A stretch of 64,000 bases of DNA, from NCBI GenBank assembly GCA_964589175.1, contig CAZPRY010000001.1, forward strand, positions 56,253-120,252, written 5' to 3'. The notes below the pieces were generated by a model, which ran no database searches, was not told where the DNA came from, and worked only from the letters and a program-made list of their open reading frames with translations. Source of the stretch: an uncultured bacterium. Lineage in GTDB: Bacteria; Fidelibacterota; UBA2242. The translations under genes and the position numbers were made by a program. Every line of letters starts with the position of its first letter. The first letter of the stretch is position 1. Positions 28,686-38,330 of the stretch are shown here, in pieces.

Positions 28686-29723
28686 TTAGTGGATCAGGGC
28701 ACTGAGGTTGCGGGTGAAAACCGGGAAATACTTCGCGTCGGTGCCCGGGTAGAAATCTTTTAATTTATCGGACAGGGATGCCAGCAGTTTCGGGTCCGGT
28801 TCGCCGCGCAGGATTTTGCCGGTTTCCTCGGCGCTGATATCTTCAAACCGGCCGGCCTGCCGGACGACTTCACGATTCACGGGACAATGCAGCTGACATT
28901 TTATGCAGCCCATCAGGGCGTTGTGGGCTTTGGCCGGAATCCAGGCGGGAAACTCACCCGGCACTTCGTTATACAGGGAGAGGCAGTTTCCGGCGCTGAT
29001 GATGAAGTTTTCATCAGGAATACATTTGGTCGGACACAGGCTGCGGCAGATCTTACAATTCTCGCAGGCCTCCACCATTTGTATTTCGCCCCAGTGATCT
29101 TCCGGAAACTGGAAATCGGTAAAGAAGGCCCAGAGCACCAGGAAAGTGCCCATACCGTCCACGAAACAGATATTGTTGCGGCCGTATTTTCCCAGTCCGC
29201 TGCGCACCGCCAGTAACTTAAGCGGGATTTTGTAGGTATTCTCAATCTGATGGTCGGGTTCTTTGATAATTTCCGTCTGAACAATGTTGAGCATCTGTTC
29301 CATCGTGGAGCCATCATCGAAATAGGAAGGCGGAACAATCAAATCGTAAACCTTGTCATTCCAGTGGAAATTGACATACATCATCCGGGCGGCGGTGGCC
29401 ATAACGATCAGCGACCTGGCGTTGGGCATTTCTTCCGGTAGATCAGCCGTGAATTTGCTGATATAACGGCGGAAAGTGGCTTGCTCGCTGATTTTTCCTT
29501 CGCGTTTGAGCTGCTCATAAAAGTCAACAGCTTCCTTTAGATGTTCCACCGAAAATGTTCTGTAGCGATAGGTGATCTCGGGGACCTCGGTCGGACTTTG
29601 CGCCAGATTGGGGAAGGCCCAAGCTCTTTGCAAAGTCAATGGAGAAAGGGCGCCGGCCAGCAGGATCGTTTTCAGGAAATCACGGCGGGAAAAGGCAGGC
29701 GAAAAACGCGCTATCATCTTCAT
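28686..29723 (-). CDS. TAT-exported Fe-S protein of the epoxyqueuosine reductase (QueG) / reductive dehalogenase superfamily
   Basis: The twin-arginine signal is SRRDFLKTILLAGALSPLTLQRAWA. The core shows a QueG-like pattern (GLGKYGRNNICFVDGMGTFLVL...) and two Cys clusters (CENCKICRSLCPTKCI and AGNCLSLYNEV...CIKCQLHCPVN). Start placed at the internal Met (MKMIARF); the track ORF begins 66 nt earlier. Confidence 0.6.
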   Translation of the reverse strand: MKMIARFSPAFSRRDFLKTILLAGALSPLTLQRAWAFPNLAQSPTEVPEITYRYRTFSVEHLKEAVDFYEQLKREGKISEQATFRRYISKFTADLPEEMPNARSLIVMATAARMMYVNFHWNDKVYDLIVPPSYFDDGSTMEQMLNIVQTEIIKEPDHQIENTYKIPLKLLAVRSGLGKYGRNNICFVDGMGTFLVLWAFFTDFQFPEDHWGEIQMVEACENCKICRSLCPTKCIPDENFIISAGNCLSLYNEVPGEFPAWIPAKAHNALMGCIKCQLHCPVNREVVRQAGRFEDISAEETGKILRGEPDPKLLASLSDKLKDFYPGTDAKYFPVFTRNLSALIH

Positions 29724-29871
29724 CTCCAGGTTGTGCGAAATTTGGAAAATTACGCCGTACATGCTATTGATGTTGTAGCGTAATGCCAACGGAATTTCGA
29801 TAAACGGTCAAATCACCGGTTAAGCGTATGCTTTCCATCTGCGAGCGAGTCTGTGCCGGAACAAATTTTCT

Positions 29872-31932
29872 CTATTTCAAATAATTGATTTTGATCGTGC
29901 TCGTGATCCGGTTGTGACTCTGCATCTGCACGAAATAAATACCGCTGGGCAGATTCTTTCGAAAAGCCTGATTCACGTCGAACAACACCTCGTGCCAGCC
30001 CGAAGACAGGGCGCTAATGTCGATCACGGCGACCAGCTGCCCGAGCATGTTGTAGATCTTGATCAACTTTAAGCCGCCAGGGCCCTCGGTAGAAATATAA
30101 ATCCGCAGGGTAGTCATCGAATTGAACGGATTGGGATAATTGCCGGCGATGAATGAGATCGGTACGACCGTATTTTGCCGGATTTGATCGACAGTAGCGG
30201 TGCCGTCATATTCGTTGTCATAATCGGCGATGTACGCCGTGTAGCGGCAGCGGATATTGTAGAGCAGGCTGAGATCGATCAACTGCTGTTTCAATTCCGG
30301 AGTCTCACCGTAAATTTCGATTTCCCATTCGAGCGCATCGATCATCTGCTTGGCCCACAGCGTCTCGACGAATTTGACCGTGTCCTGCTGGACGCTGAAA
30401 TCCAGCAGGAAGTCGTAAGCCCGGGGGCCGCCGGCGGAGTACCCGGCGATGCTCATGGCCGAAATGCCGGGATTGGCGTAACGTCCGCAAGTAAAGAAGC
30501 ATGAACCGGCGTAGGTGGACGGAATCGTCTGCGGCAAAATTTGCGATAGAGATGCCTGGCCGTATTCGATGGAAACGTCTTTGAGGACCGGTTGGCTGAT
30601 CTGGCTGAAGACCCGCTGCATCCCGGCTGCCAGGTTTTTTTCTTCATTGAGGTAAGTGACGAACCCGTAATTCAGATTGGCCAGCATTTCCAGGCGGGCG
30701 ACGTTGGGCTGATCGCCGATGCCGATCGGAAAAATGCCGGTTTTATGAGTATTCAACGATTCAATCTCGCGTGGATCGACCACATCGTAACCGCCGGTGA
30801 AGACCAGAATGGCATTGTTGTAATTATCATCCTGGATCTGATTCAGGCAAAGTTTAAGCCCCTCGTCCAGCATTGAGCCGGAACCGGTGGATAATCCGGA
30901 CAGATAACTTTTCGCCTCAGAAATGTTCGCCGTCGTGGGCGCAACCGGCTGATTTTTCCATGTAGAGGCGTTATATCGATAACACAGAAGATTGAAGCGA
31001 TCATTCATATTAAGATCGTCAAGAGCTTCGGAGATGCAGGCGATACTCTGGCTGAGTTTGTACCCGAACATGCGGCTGGATAGGGAAACGAGAAACAGGA
31101 TCCGGCGCGGCAGAAGACTGTCCGGTGGTACCTCGGCCTGGGGGCGGATAAAAAGCCCGAAATGCCCGTCACAGCTATCGTTCGCGACCGAAAAGAAATC
31201 GACGCCGAGTTCCGCCTGTTCGACTTTGTAGTAGAATTTCAGATTGTTGTTGATATAGGCCTTGGGCTGTGACAATTTAAGTTCCAGATGACGGCTTTGC
31301 GATTGAGAAATCCGAAAATCCGGGTGGGTTGGGATGTCGAATTCCGTAATCGGTGAATTCGAGTCGATGTGAATTTCGACTTCCAGCTGATCCAGCGGCC
31401 AAGTGACAAAATCCCCGGTCCCCAGCGGATAGTTGTAAGTACATTTGCCCCGGTAATAATCCAGCCGGCTGATATAGCGCAGCTGCACGCGCTGGACCGC
31501 GCCGGGTTTTATGCCCTTTAACAGGATTTTGATGCCGTTGCTGCCGATGTACTGGTTCACCAGGGCCGCGACGCCGCCTTCACCGGTGCCGGGATTGACG
31601 GCCTGCTCTCTGACTTTCAGCACGGCCTGGTAGACCTTGTCCTCGTACCAATAAAGAAAACGCGTGGCGCGCGCATCAACCGGTAAGGGAAAGGAATAGA
31701 CCACGTCGGTGGAATCGGTCCACTCGTTGACAAATTCCTGGTAGACGTAGGTTTCGGCAACAAGCCCGTGGATATCCACCATGACCTGGGTCAGGCGGTT
31801 GCGCAGGAAGTCTTTGGGGTAATTTTCATCGGTCGGCATCATTAGTCCGTCGGCGCATAGCATACCGGCCCAAAGCAAGACGAGTACGGTCAGAGAAATA
31901 TATTTGCTTTTCATGATAGTTAGCTCCTTCAC
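29872..31932 (-). CDS. Secreted VIT (vault/inter-alpha-trypsin) + von Willebrand factor A domain protein with T9SS C-terminal sorting domain
   Basis: 686 aa. Has a signal peptide and a VIT-like N-terminus (VYQEFVNEWTDSTDVVYSFPLPVDARATRFLYWYEDKVYQAV). The vWA region is ILFLVSLSSRMFGYKLSQ. The C-terminus reads NYPNPFNSMTTLRIYIS...GIYFVQM...K. It overlaps the upstream gene by 4 nt and is the last gene of the operon. Confidence 0.7.
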   Translation of the reverse strand: MKELTIMKSKYISLTVLVLLWAGMLCADGLMMPTDENYPKDFLRNRLTQVMVDIHGLVAETYVYQEFVNEWTDSTDVVYSFPLPVDARATRFLYWYEDKVYQAVLKVREQAVNPGTGEGGVAALVNQYIGSNGIKILLKGIKPGAVQRVQLRYISRLDYYRGKCTYNYPLGTGDFVTWPLDQLEVEIHIDSNSPITEFDIPTHPDFRISQSQSRHLELKLSQPKAYINNNLKFYYKVEQAELGVDFFSVANDSCDGHFGLFIRPQAEVPPDSLLPRRILFLVSLSSRMFGYKLSQSIACISEALDDLNMNDRFNLLCYRYNASTWKNQPVAPTTANISEAKSYLSGLSTGSGSMLDEGLKLCLNQIQDDNYNNAILVFTGGYDVVDPREIESLNTHKTGIFPIGIGDQPNVARLEMLANLNYGFVTYLNEEKNLAAGMQRVFSQISQPVLKDVSIEYGQASLSQILPQTIPSTYAGSCFFTCGRYANPGISAMSIAGYSAGGPRAYDFLLDFSVQQDTVKFVETLWAKQMIDALEWEIEIYGETPELKQQLIDLSLLYNIRCRYTAYIADYDNEYDGTATVDQIRQNTVVPISFIAGNYPNPFNSMTTLRIYISTEGPGGLKLIKIYNMLGQLVAVIDISALSSGWHEVLFDVNQAFRKNLPSGIYFVQMQSHNRITSTIKINYLK

Positions 31933-34283
31933 TTCAGGTACAGAATTTTAGCGGATTCGGTGTGAGTTTTTCCGTTATCGTCCCGCATCGAGAGTTTCGC
32001 GATGTACAATCCGGAGCCGATCGGAAGTCCTTGTTCGTTGCCGGTATTCCAGACAAAATGGGTATACGCATTTGGCGTCAGGCTGAATTTCCTGACCAGC
32101 TGCCCGAGCACATTGTAGATCAGGATATCGCCCGGCCGGTAGCGATCGCTGTCGATCCGGAAGGTGATTTCCTGGTTAAAGGGATTGGGATAAAAAGTCA
32201 GTACACGCAAACCGCTGCCGGCCGATGGCGGCTGGTAAGCAAAAGTCTGAATGGCGCCTCTGCCCTCGAAATGGATTTCAACGCACAAAAGATTCGAATC
32301 GCCCGAAGTGGAAGAACTGGTATAGGTGAGTACATATTTTTCGACGGCGAAAAGATTGGTGATATCCAGCAGAATGTCGCGATATTTTCCCGTAATGTCA
32401 TAAAAACTACCGCCGGTGGGTAGTACGATCGGATTCATCCACTCCGTCTGATGCTTCAACTGGCCGATTCCGTAAATCGTGATATCCATACTCAGCATTC
32501 GGTTGACGACTTGCTCTTTTGTGTAGTTATGTTCCGGGTAAGGCTCGTCGGTAATCCAGATGATGGTGCGTTTGCTGCCGGGGCGCCAGGAGAGTTGCGT
32601 GGCGCGATACAAGGCAGCGGGTGAATCTTCGATTCCTCCCCAGAGCTGGATACTGGCCAGATTTGCCTTGATCTGATCGATATCGTTGGTGAAGTCCCAT
32701 ACGTCGTCGATCGTGGTGCTAAAGGTGACAACTCCGATCTGGAAATCGTAGCCGTTGCGGGCGAGAGTTTCGGCAAACTCGTTGAGATTGACTCGCACAC
32801 TGTCGATGTCGTCACCCATGCTGCCGGAGCAATCCAGAACGAACACTATATCCACCAGGGTCGCGCCGCCGGTTGTCTGTTTTCCGAATTCAAAATCGGT
32901 GATCGGCAATCCGTTTTCGGAAATGGTGAGATTCTCCAAGGAAAGATCCCGAATCCGGTATTTTGTATCCTTGTCTTCCACAGTAAAAATGAAGGAAACC
33001 TCGGGAAAATTCTCTGTAATGATTGTATCGGGAGTGATGACCAAACCGGTGTCCGACATCGGAACTCCCGGCATGAAGATATTGCGCCGCATTTCATCAA
33101 ACAACTCGCCATCCTTACGGAGTTCGACGATGAGCGGCAGGATAAAATCCTCGTACACTACTTTGGATTGGAGCTCAGCCTGGGCAAAGGCCATCTCGCT
33201 GGCAGGCACGCTAATGGTAATATTTGTATCGGCAGATTGAATGGCGTCCGGCAGGGTGAGTTCCAGCTTCGCATCGGTGATCCCGGAACCGGTTTCATTG
33301 AAGATTTCAATGTAAGTCTTGAAATCGCGCGGAAACAGCCGGTTATTGGTTAACGAAAATGCAGTCGGGGCATCCCAGCGCAGCAACAGGCCGGTCGAAA
33401 AATCGGGTTCTTTCAACTGCAAGACTGTTACAGCGGTTTTCGTCGCGCCGGGCGGGAGTTCCTCTTCCGGCCAGTAGATTTTCAGGGCCAGGTCATAAAT
33501 CTTGCGCAGGAGGCTGTTTTCGAATTCCGGAGCGGGGGAAGTGTAGATATCCGCCCAGTTGGCGGCAATGATACGTTCCGGTATGGTATTCGGAAAAGCC
33601 AGATCGATTCCGATGCCCTTTGCTCCTGCCGACTTCTCCCAGATTGAAACCGGCGTCGACGCGTCCGGGGCAAGGAGAATTGTATCGTTGTCGATCCACT
33701 GCTGGTCCAGCATCAAGGCGCCGTCCCCCCATTGGCCGAGGGCCGGATCGAAAACCAGGCCGAGTCCCATTGCGTGCGCGATTGTATCCAGATTACTGAT
33801 CGCACAAGCAATCTCAAATGACTGGGACTCGCTTTGATAGACAAGGGTAAACTCGAAAGTTACTCTTTGGCTGTCGACTGCGTTGAAGCTGAGCGTGTCA
33901 CCGGAAATTTCGAGTGAAGTTATGGCTTGATTCGTGAAGTAATCCTCGGCCCTGTACCAGGTGCCATCGACGGAGAAAACGGGATAGGATGTTTTCGCGT
34001 AGGGGTGGCCATAGGCGATGGCACAACGGTCATCCGCCATTGAGGAGGAAATACCGCCGGTTGTTCCGAGGGTAAAATAGCCGCCGTCGATCATAGTCAT
34101 GGCGGCCTGATCGTCATCCCAGTCCAGATAATCGAAGCTGACGAGCGGCCAGCCGGAACTCGTTTTCCCCAGGCCGGGGGCCTCAAGATCGAATTCGGAT
34201 TTGTCAATCGGGGCTGCTGTCAGGATGTAGCAAACAACCACTAGAAACAGGCTAAGTTTTTTCATAGTGCCTCCTTTATACAA
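31929..34283 (-). CDS. Secreted vWA-domain (MIDAS) protein with T9SS C-terminal sorting domain
   Basis: 784 aa. The vWA domain with a DxSxS MIDAS motif is VDIVFVLDCSGSMGDDIDSVRVNL...GVVTFSTT...IIWITDE. The C-terminus reads FYPNPFNQEITFRIDS...GLYIAKL...K. The start may be the internal MKKLSLF (34265). Confidence 0.7.
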   Translation of the reverse strand: MYKGGTMKKLSLFLVVVCYILTAAPIDKSEFDLEAPGLGKTSSGWPLVSFDYLDWDDDQAAMTMIDGGYFTLGTTGGISSSMADDRCAIAYGHPYAKTSYPVFSVDGTWYRAEDYFTNQAITSLEISGDTLSFNAVDSQRVTFEFTLVYQSESQSFEIACAISNLDTIAHAMGLGLVFDPALGQWGDGALMLDQQWIDNDTILLAPDASTPVSIWEKSAGAKGIGIDLAFPNTIPERIIAANWADIYTSPAPEFENSLLRKIYDLALKIYWPEEELPPGATKTAVTVLQLKEPDFSTGLLLRWDAPTAFSLTNNRLFPRDFKTYIEIFNETGSGITDAKLELTLPDAIQSADTNITISVPASEMAFAQAELQSKVVYEDFILPLIVELRKDGELFDEMRRNIFMPGVPMSDTGLVITPDTIITENFPEVSFIFTVEDKDTKYRIRDLSLENLTISENGLPITDFEFGKQTTGGATLVDIVFVLDCSGSMGDDIDSVRVNLNEFAETLARNGYDFQIGVVTFSTTIDDVWDFTNDIDQIKANLASIQLWGGIEDSPAALYRATQLSWRPGSKRTIIWITDEPYPEHNYTKEQVVNRMLSMDITIYGIGQLKHQTEWMNPIVLPTGGSFYDITGKYRDILLDITNLFAVEKYVLTYTSSSTSGDSNLLCVEIHFEGRGAIQTFAYQPPSAGSGLRVLTFYPNPFNQEITFRIDSDRYRPGDILIYNVLGQLVRKFSLTPNAYTHFVWNTGNEQGLPIGSGLYIAKLSMRDDNGKTHTESAKILYLK

Positions 34284-34301
34284 GTCATTGCACGAATGTT
34301 T

Positions 34302-34715
34302 TTATCTCAATAATACCATTTTCCTTGTCGCCGCAAACTCCCCAGCCCGAATGCTGCAGATGTAGATGCCGCTCGGTACGAGCTGCCCGGCGTCGTCGAT
34401 GGCGTTCCAGTTGATCCGGTACTGCCCGGGATTCTGCCGCTCGTTGACCAGGGTCGCGATCAGTTTGCCGTTTAGGTCGTAAATGCGGATCAGGACGGTG
34501 TGGTTTGCCGCTCCGGCGGGCAATTCGTAAGAAATCACCGTGGTAGCGTTGAAGGGATTGGGGTAGTTCTGGTCGAGACGGAAGTTCTCTGGCCCGGGAT
34601 TTTTCTCCTCGTCAATATCCGTGGTCGCGTCGTAATCGATGAAGAAGCCGTTCGTATTCGAGCTCCAGAGGCTGTCGCCCTCCCAGCTGCGGGCCAGGAC
34701 CTTCCAGAAGTAGGT
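34302..34715 (-). repeat. ~414-bp near-identical DNA repeat, copy A (3' end of 34302-36146 gene: FN3-like + T9SS CTD coding)
   Basis: By-eye DNA alignment with 36149-36562 gives ~90% identity. The encoded 137 aa differ at only ~20 positions. Confidence 0.7.
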
Positions 34716-36146
34716 CTTGCCGGCGGCTAAAGAATCGATCGTATAGGTTGCGTCGCCGATTCCGGTTATGATACGTGGATTTGAGAATTCCAGGTCTTCT
34801 GCGATATAAAGATCATAGCCGACTTCCCAGGGAAAATTCTTCTCGATATCCGTAGCCTGATTCCATGTAAACTCGGGTTTACGGGTTTTTAGCGATGAGT
34901 CATCTTCCGGCAGGATAGTCTGGAAAAGGCGCAGGTTGTGAGAAACGATTTCATTGGAGAAGGACTTTCCGACAATGGCATATCTTGAACCACATTCCCA
35001 GAATATGATAAAGCGCCTAATACCAGCTGAAATCGAAGGATAGGTCTGCCAAGATCGTGTAAAGGAATTCACCTGAAATTCAGGCCCGATTCTATTTCCT
35101 GAGTTATCGAAAACCTGGGCAAATATTCCGTAGCCTGAGCCATCCTGTTCCCAACTTTGCCAGGCGATGATGAATTTATCCTCAGCAAAGGCCTGGACGG
35201 CTGGTAGTTCCTGCTGGGCATCTGTGTATGAATTAACCTGGAGTTCGGAACCGACTTGATTGCCGTTGTTATCGAAGATTTGAGCATAAATTCCTTCTTT
35301 GGAACCATCCTGCTCAAAACTCATCCAGCAGATGACGAACTTATTTTCACCAAGAACTGCTATAGCCGGGCGGCTCTGGGCTTGAGGTAAATAGGAGTTG
35401 ACCTGGAACTCGGAACCGAATCTGTTTGCTTGTGCATCGAAGAGTTGCGCGAATACCCCGACGTAAGCTCCGTCCTGATACATGCTTTCCCAGCAGATCA
35501 CAAACTTGCCATCGCTTAAAACGCATACTTCCGGATATTGCTGTGAGCTGGGCGTATAGGTGTTGACCTGGAATTCGGAAGCGATTGGATTCCCATTGCA
35601 GTCAAATAGTCTGGCGAATATACCGCTATTTGCTCCATCCTGCCAATCGCTCTGCCAGCAGATAACAAATTGATCGTTGGGGAGCGTGGCAATTGAAGAA
35701 TTCCATTGACCCTGATCAGTGTAAGTGTTCACCTGAAATTCTGATTTTACCCGCAGACCGCTTTGGTCAAACATCTGTGCGAAAACTTCATAACCAGGAT
35801 TACCGTGCCAGCAAATCACAAATTCACCGTTTTGAAGTGCAGTAATCGCAGGGAAATGTTGGTCGCTTTTCGTATATGTGTTCGCAATAAATTCATAACT
35901 AAGCTGAACACCGTTTTCATCTAGTAATCGTGCGTACACATCGGCATGAGTTGTCCAGCTAACCGCGAATTTACCATTGGATAAAATCGTTGAAGCAGGA
36001 AACATTGGTATATAATGTCGGTCAGTATAAGCACAGACCGTAAATTCAGGGTGGCGCGATACGCATTGCCCGAAGAGAATGTCAAGTAGTGCGTAAAGGA
36101 CGATGGCTAGCAAAAGCCGTTCTCGAAGTTTGATTGTGAATGTCAT
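34302..36146 (-). CDS. Secreted protein built of ~7 tandem ~52-aa repeats (propeller-like blades) + FN3-like region + T9SS C-terminal domain
   Basis: 614 aa. The repeat unit is EFQVNTYT.DQ..P.I.AL.NGEFVICW.....DG...GVFAQ.FD..G...GSEFQVN. The C-terminus reads NYPNPFNATTVISYELP...GIYICSIRAG...R. Confidence 0.65.
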   Translation of the reverse strand: MTFTIKLRERLLLAIVLYALLDILFGQCVSRHPEFTVCAYTDRHYIPMFPASTILSNGKFAVSWTTHADVYARLLDENGVQLSYEFIANTYTKSDQHFPAITALQNGEFVICWHGNPGYEVFAQMFDQSGLRVKSEFQVNTYTDQGQWNSSIATLPNDQFVICWQSDWQDGANSGIFARLFDCNGNPIASEFQVNTYTPSSQQYPEVCVLSDGKFVICWESMYQDGAYVGVFAQLFDAQANRFGSEFQVNSYLPQAQSRPAIAVLGENKFVICWMSFEQDGSKEGIYAQIFDNNGNQVGSELQVNSYTDAQQELPAVQAFAEDKFIIAWQSWEQDGSGYGIFAQVFDNSGNRIGPEFQVNSFTRSWQTYPSISAGIRRFIIFWECGSRYAIVGKSFSNEIVSHNLRLFQTILPEDDSSLKTRKPEFTWNQATDIEKNFPWEVGYDLYIAEDLEFSNPRIITGIGDATYTIDSLAAGKTYFWKVLARSWEGDSLWSSNTNGFFIDYDATTDIDEEKNPGPENFRLDQNYPNPFNATTVISYELPAGAANHTVLIRIYDLNGKLIATLVNERQNPGQYRINWNAIDDAGQLVPSGIYICSIRAGEFAATRKMVLLR

Positions 36147-36148
36147 AT

Positions 36149-36562
36149 TTACCTCAATAATACCATTTTCCTTGTCGCCGTAAACTCCCCGGCCCGGATG
36201 CTGCAGATGTAGATGCCGCTCGGCAGCGTCTGCCCGGCGTCGTCGGTAGCATTCCAGCTTATCCGGTACTGCCCGGGATTCTGCCGCTCGTTGATCAGAG
36301 TGGCGACCAGCTTGCCGTTCAGATCGTAGATGCGGATCAGCACGGAGTAGTCGGCAGCGCTGGCGGGCAGTTCGTAGGAAATCACTGTGGTAGCATTGAA
36401 GGGATTTGGGTAGTTCTGCTCGAGACGGAAGCCTTCGGGCTTGGCATTTGTCTCAGTCTCAATATCCGTAGTCGCGTCGTAATCGATGAAGAAGCCGTTG
36501 GTATTCGAACTCCAGAGGCTGTCGCCCTCCCAGCTGCGGGCCAGGACTTTCCAGAAGTAGGT
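36149..36562 (-). repeat. ~414-bp near-identical DNA repeat, copy B (3' end of 36149-38020 gene)
   Basis: Same as copy A, including the shared terminal motif TTACCTCAATAATACCATTTTCCTTGTCG. Confidence 0.7.
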
Positions 36563-38020
36563 TGTACCAGGGACAAGTTCTGATTCAATCGTATAATTTG
36601 TATCCTGAATTTCTGAAATAATTTGGGGATTGGTAAAATCGGGATTGTCAGCGATATAGAGGTCGTAAGTAATCTCCCAAGGAAAATTCTCCCTTATCTC
36701 AGAAGCTTCGTTCCACCGAAAAGTCGGATTTTGGATTTCTAAGGTCGCATCATTTTTTGGTACCAGGAGTGGCCGGGAAACAAGGGTGTGCGTTATCGGG
36801 TCGCTTAGGTAAACTTTGGCATACACACCTCTACCGGAACCATCCTGGCCATTGCTCGTCCAACAAACAATAAATTTACCATTTTCCAGACATTGAATCG
36901 ATGCATCCCATTGGTCGGATTCAATATGATCATTAACGCGGAACTCTGGTCCCATCCTTTCACCGTTGTTGTCAAATAATTGGGCGTGAATATCTGAACC
37001 GGAGCCATCGTGCCCGAAACTAGTCCAGCAGACGAGAAACCCACTTTCGAGCAAATCTGCTATAAAAGGTGTGCGTTGATCGAAATCTGTGTATGTGTTG
37101 ACCTGGAACTCAGTCCCAATTTTGCTGCCGCAGCTATCAAGGACCTGAGCGAAGATGTTATAATTTGATCCGAGAATAAGATGATTACTTTGCCAGCATA
37201 TGACAAATCGATCGCCCTGGATGGCGGCGACAGACGGGTAAGCCTGATCACCAAACGAGCTACTATGTACTTGGAATTCCTGTCCGTATTTTCCTCCATT
37301 TTCCTTGAACAGCTGGGCATAGATTCCGCCATCCGAACCATCCTGATGTAAACTTTGCCAGCAGATTAAAAATTGGGAATTCGGGAGAGTAGCGACGGAA
37401 TGTCTGAATTGATAACTTTCCCAATGTGAATTCACCTGAAATTCATATCCAATTTTGTTTGCATTTTCGTCAAACATTTGCGCATAGACCCCATAAACGG
37501 AGCCATCCTGGGAATGGCTTTCCCAAGAAATCAGGAACCGGCTATCAGCGAAGCATAAAATTGAAGGATATGCCTGATTATTAATAATGTAAGAATTTAC
37601 CTGAAATTCCTTACCAAGTTTTTCCCCATTGCTTTCGTACTTCTGAGCGTACACGCCATAGCCCGAGTTATCTTGATACTGGCTATGCCAAGAGACAATG
37701 AATTTATTATCCGGAAAGGAAGCAACCGTTGGCTTGCATTGATGGTTCGCCGTGTAGGTGTTTACCAAAAATTCTTCTCCGAAGATATTTTCGCTGATGT
37801 CCAGGATTCGGGCAAAAATTCCCTTATCAGAACCATCTCGATATCGGTCATACCACGTAATTACAATTCTTCCATCAGGAAGAGAGGTGCAGACGGGCAG
37901 CCCCTGATCATCCTCGATATACGTGTTCACCTGAAATTCGTGATTATACGGCACACCCTGCCCGAGGATAAGACCTGTTATTATCACTAGTATCATGCCG
38001 CTTAATGGGAGGTGTTTCAT
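36149..38020 (-). CDS. Tandem paralog of the propeller-like repeat protein with near-identical C-terminal 137 aa and T9SS domain
   Basis: 623 aa with the same repeat architecture (EFQVNTYIEDDQGLPVCTSLPDGRIVITW...DGSDKGIFARILD...). Its stop is 2 nt before the start codon of the downstream paralog. Confidence 0.65.
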   Translation of the reverse strand: MKHLPLSGMILVIITGLILGQGVPYNHEFQVNTYIEDDQGLPVCTSLPDGRIVITWYDRYRDGSDKGIFARILDISENIFGEEFLVNTYTANHQCKPTVASFPDNKFIVSWHSQYQDNSGYGVYAQKYESNGEKLGKEFQVNSYIINNQAYPSILCFADSRFLISWESHSQDGSVYGVYAQMFDENANKIGYEFQVNSHWESYQFRHSVATLPNSQFLICWQSLHQDGSDGGIYAQLFKENGGKYGQEFQVHSSSFGDQAYPSVAAIQGDRFVICWQSNHLILGSNYNIFAQVLDSCGSKIGTEFQVNTYTDFDQRTPFIADLLESGFLVCWTSFGHDGSGSDIHAQLFDNNGERMGPEFRVNDHIESDQWDASIQCLENGKFIVCWTSNGQDGSGRGVYAKVYLSDPITHTLVSRPLLVPKNDATLEIQNPTFRWNEASEIRENFPWEITYDLYIADNPDFTNPQIISEIQDTNYTIESELVPGTTYFWKVLARSWEGDSLWSSNTNGFFIDYDATTDIETETNAKPEGFRLEQNYPNPFNATTVISYELPASAADYSVLIRIYDLNGKLVATLINERQNPGQYRISWNATDDAGQTLPSGIYICSIRAGEFTATRKMVLLR

Positions 38021-38048
38021 CTTCTTGCTCCGGCTCCGGCTTTGTTAT

Positions 38049-38330
38049 TTACCTCAATAATACCATTTTCCTTGTCGTCGAAAATTCACCGGCCCGGATG
38101 CTGCAGAGGTAGATACCGCTCGGCAGCGGCTGCCCGGCGTCGTCGGTGGCGTTCCAACTGATCCGGTACTGCCCGGGATTCTGCCGCTCGTTGACCAGGA
38201 TCGCGATCAGTTTACCGTTCAGGTCATAGATGCGGATCAGGACGGAATAGTTTGCCGCGTCGGCGGGCAGTTCGTAGGAAATCACGGTTGTGGCGTTGAA
38301 GGGATTGGGGTAGTTCTGCTGCAGCGTGAA
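38049..38330 (-). repeat. ~282-bp copy C of the same repeat (T9SS CTD coding portion only) at the 3' end of the VIT-vWA gene
   Basis: The 93-aa C-terminus FTLQQNYPNPFNATTVISYELPADAANYSVLIRIYDLNGKLIAILVNERQNPGQYRISWNATDDAGQPLPSGIYLCSIRAGEFSTTRKMVLLR is near-identical to copies A and B at the DNA level. Confidence 0.65.

Noticed and set aside
28686-29723. Calling the TAT Fe-S protein a bona fide reductive dehalogenase
   Set aside because: It is only ~345 aa after the signal and I cannot see a corrinoid-binding region. The core pattern fits QueG more closely, so it is kept at superfamily level.
34302-38330. The repeated ~0.3-0.4 kb units considered as a CRISPR or other non-coding array
   Set aside because: The repeats are long, coding (T9SS CTD + FN3-like) and separated by whole genes. 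There is no short direct-repeat/spacer structure and no cas genes.
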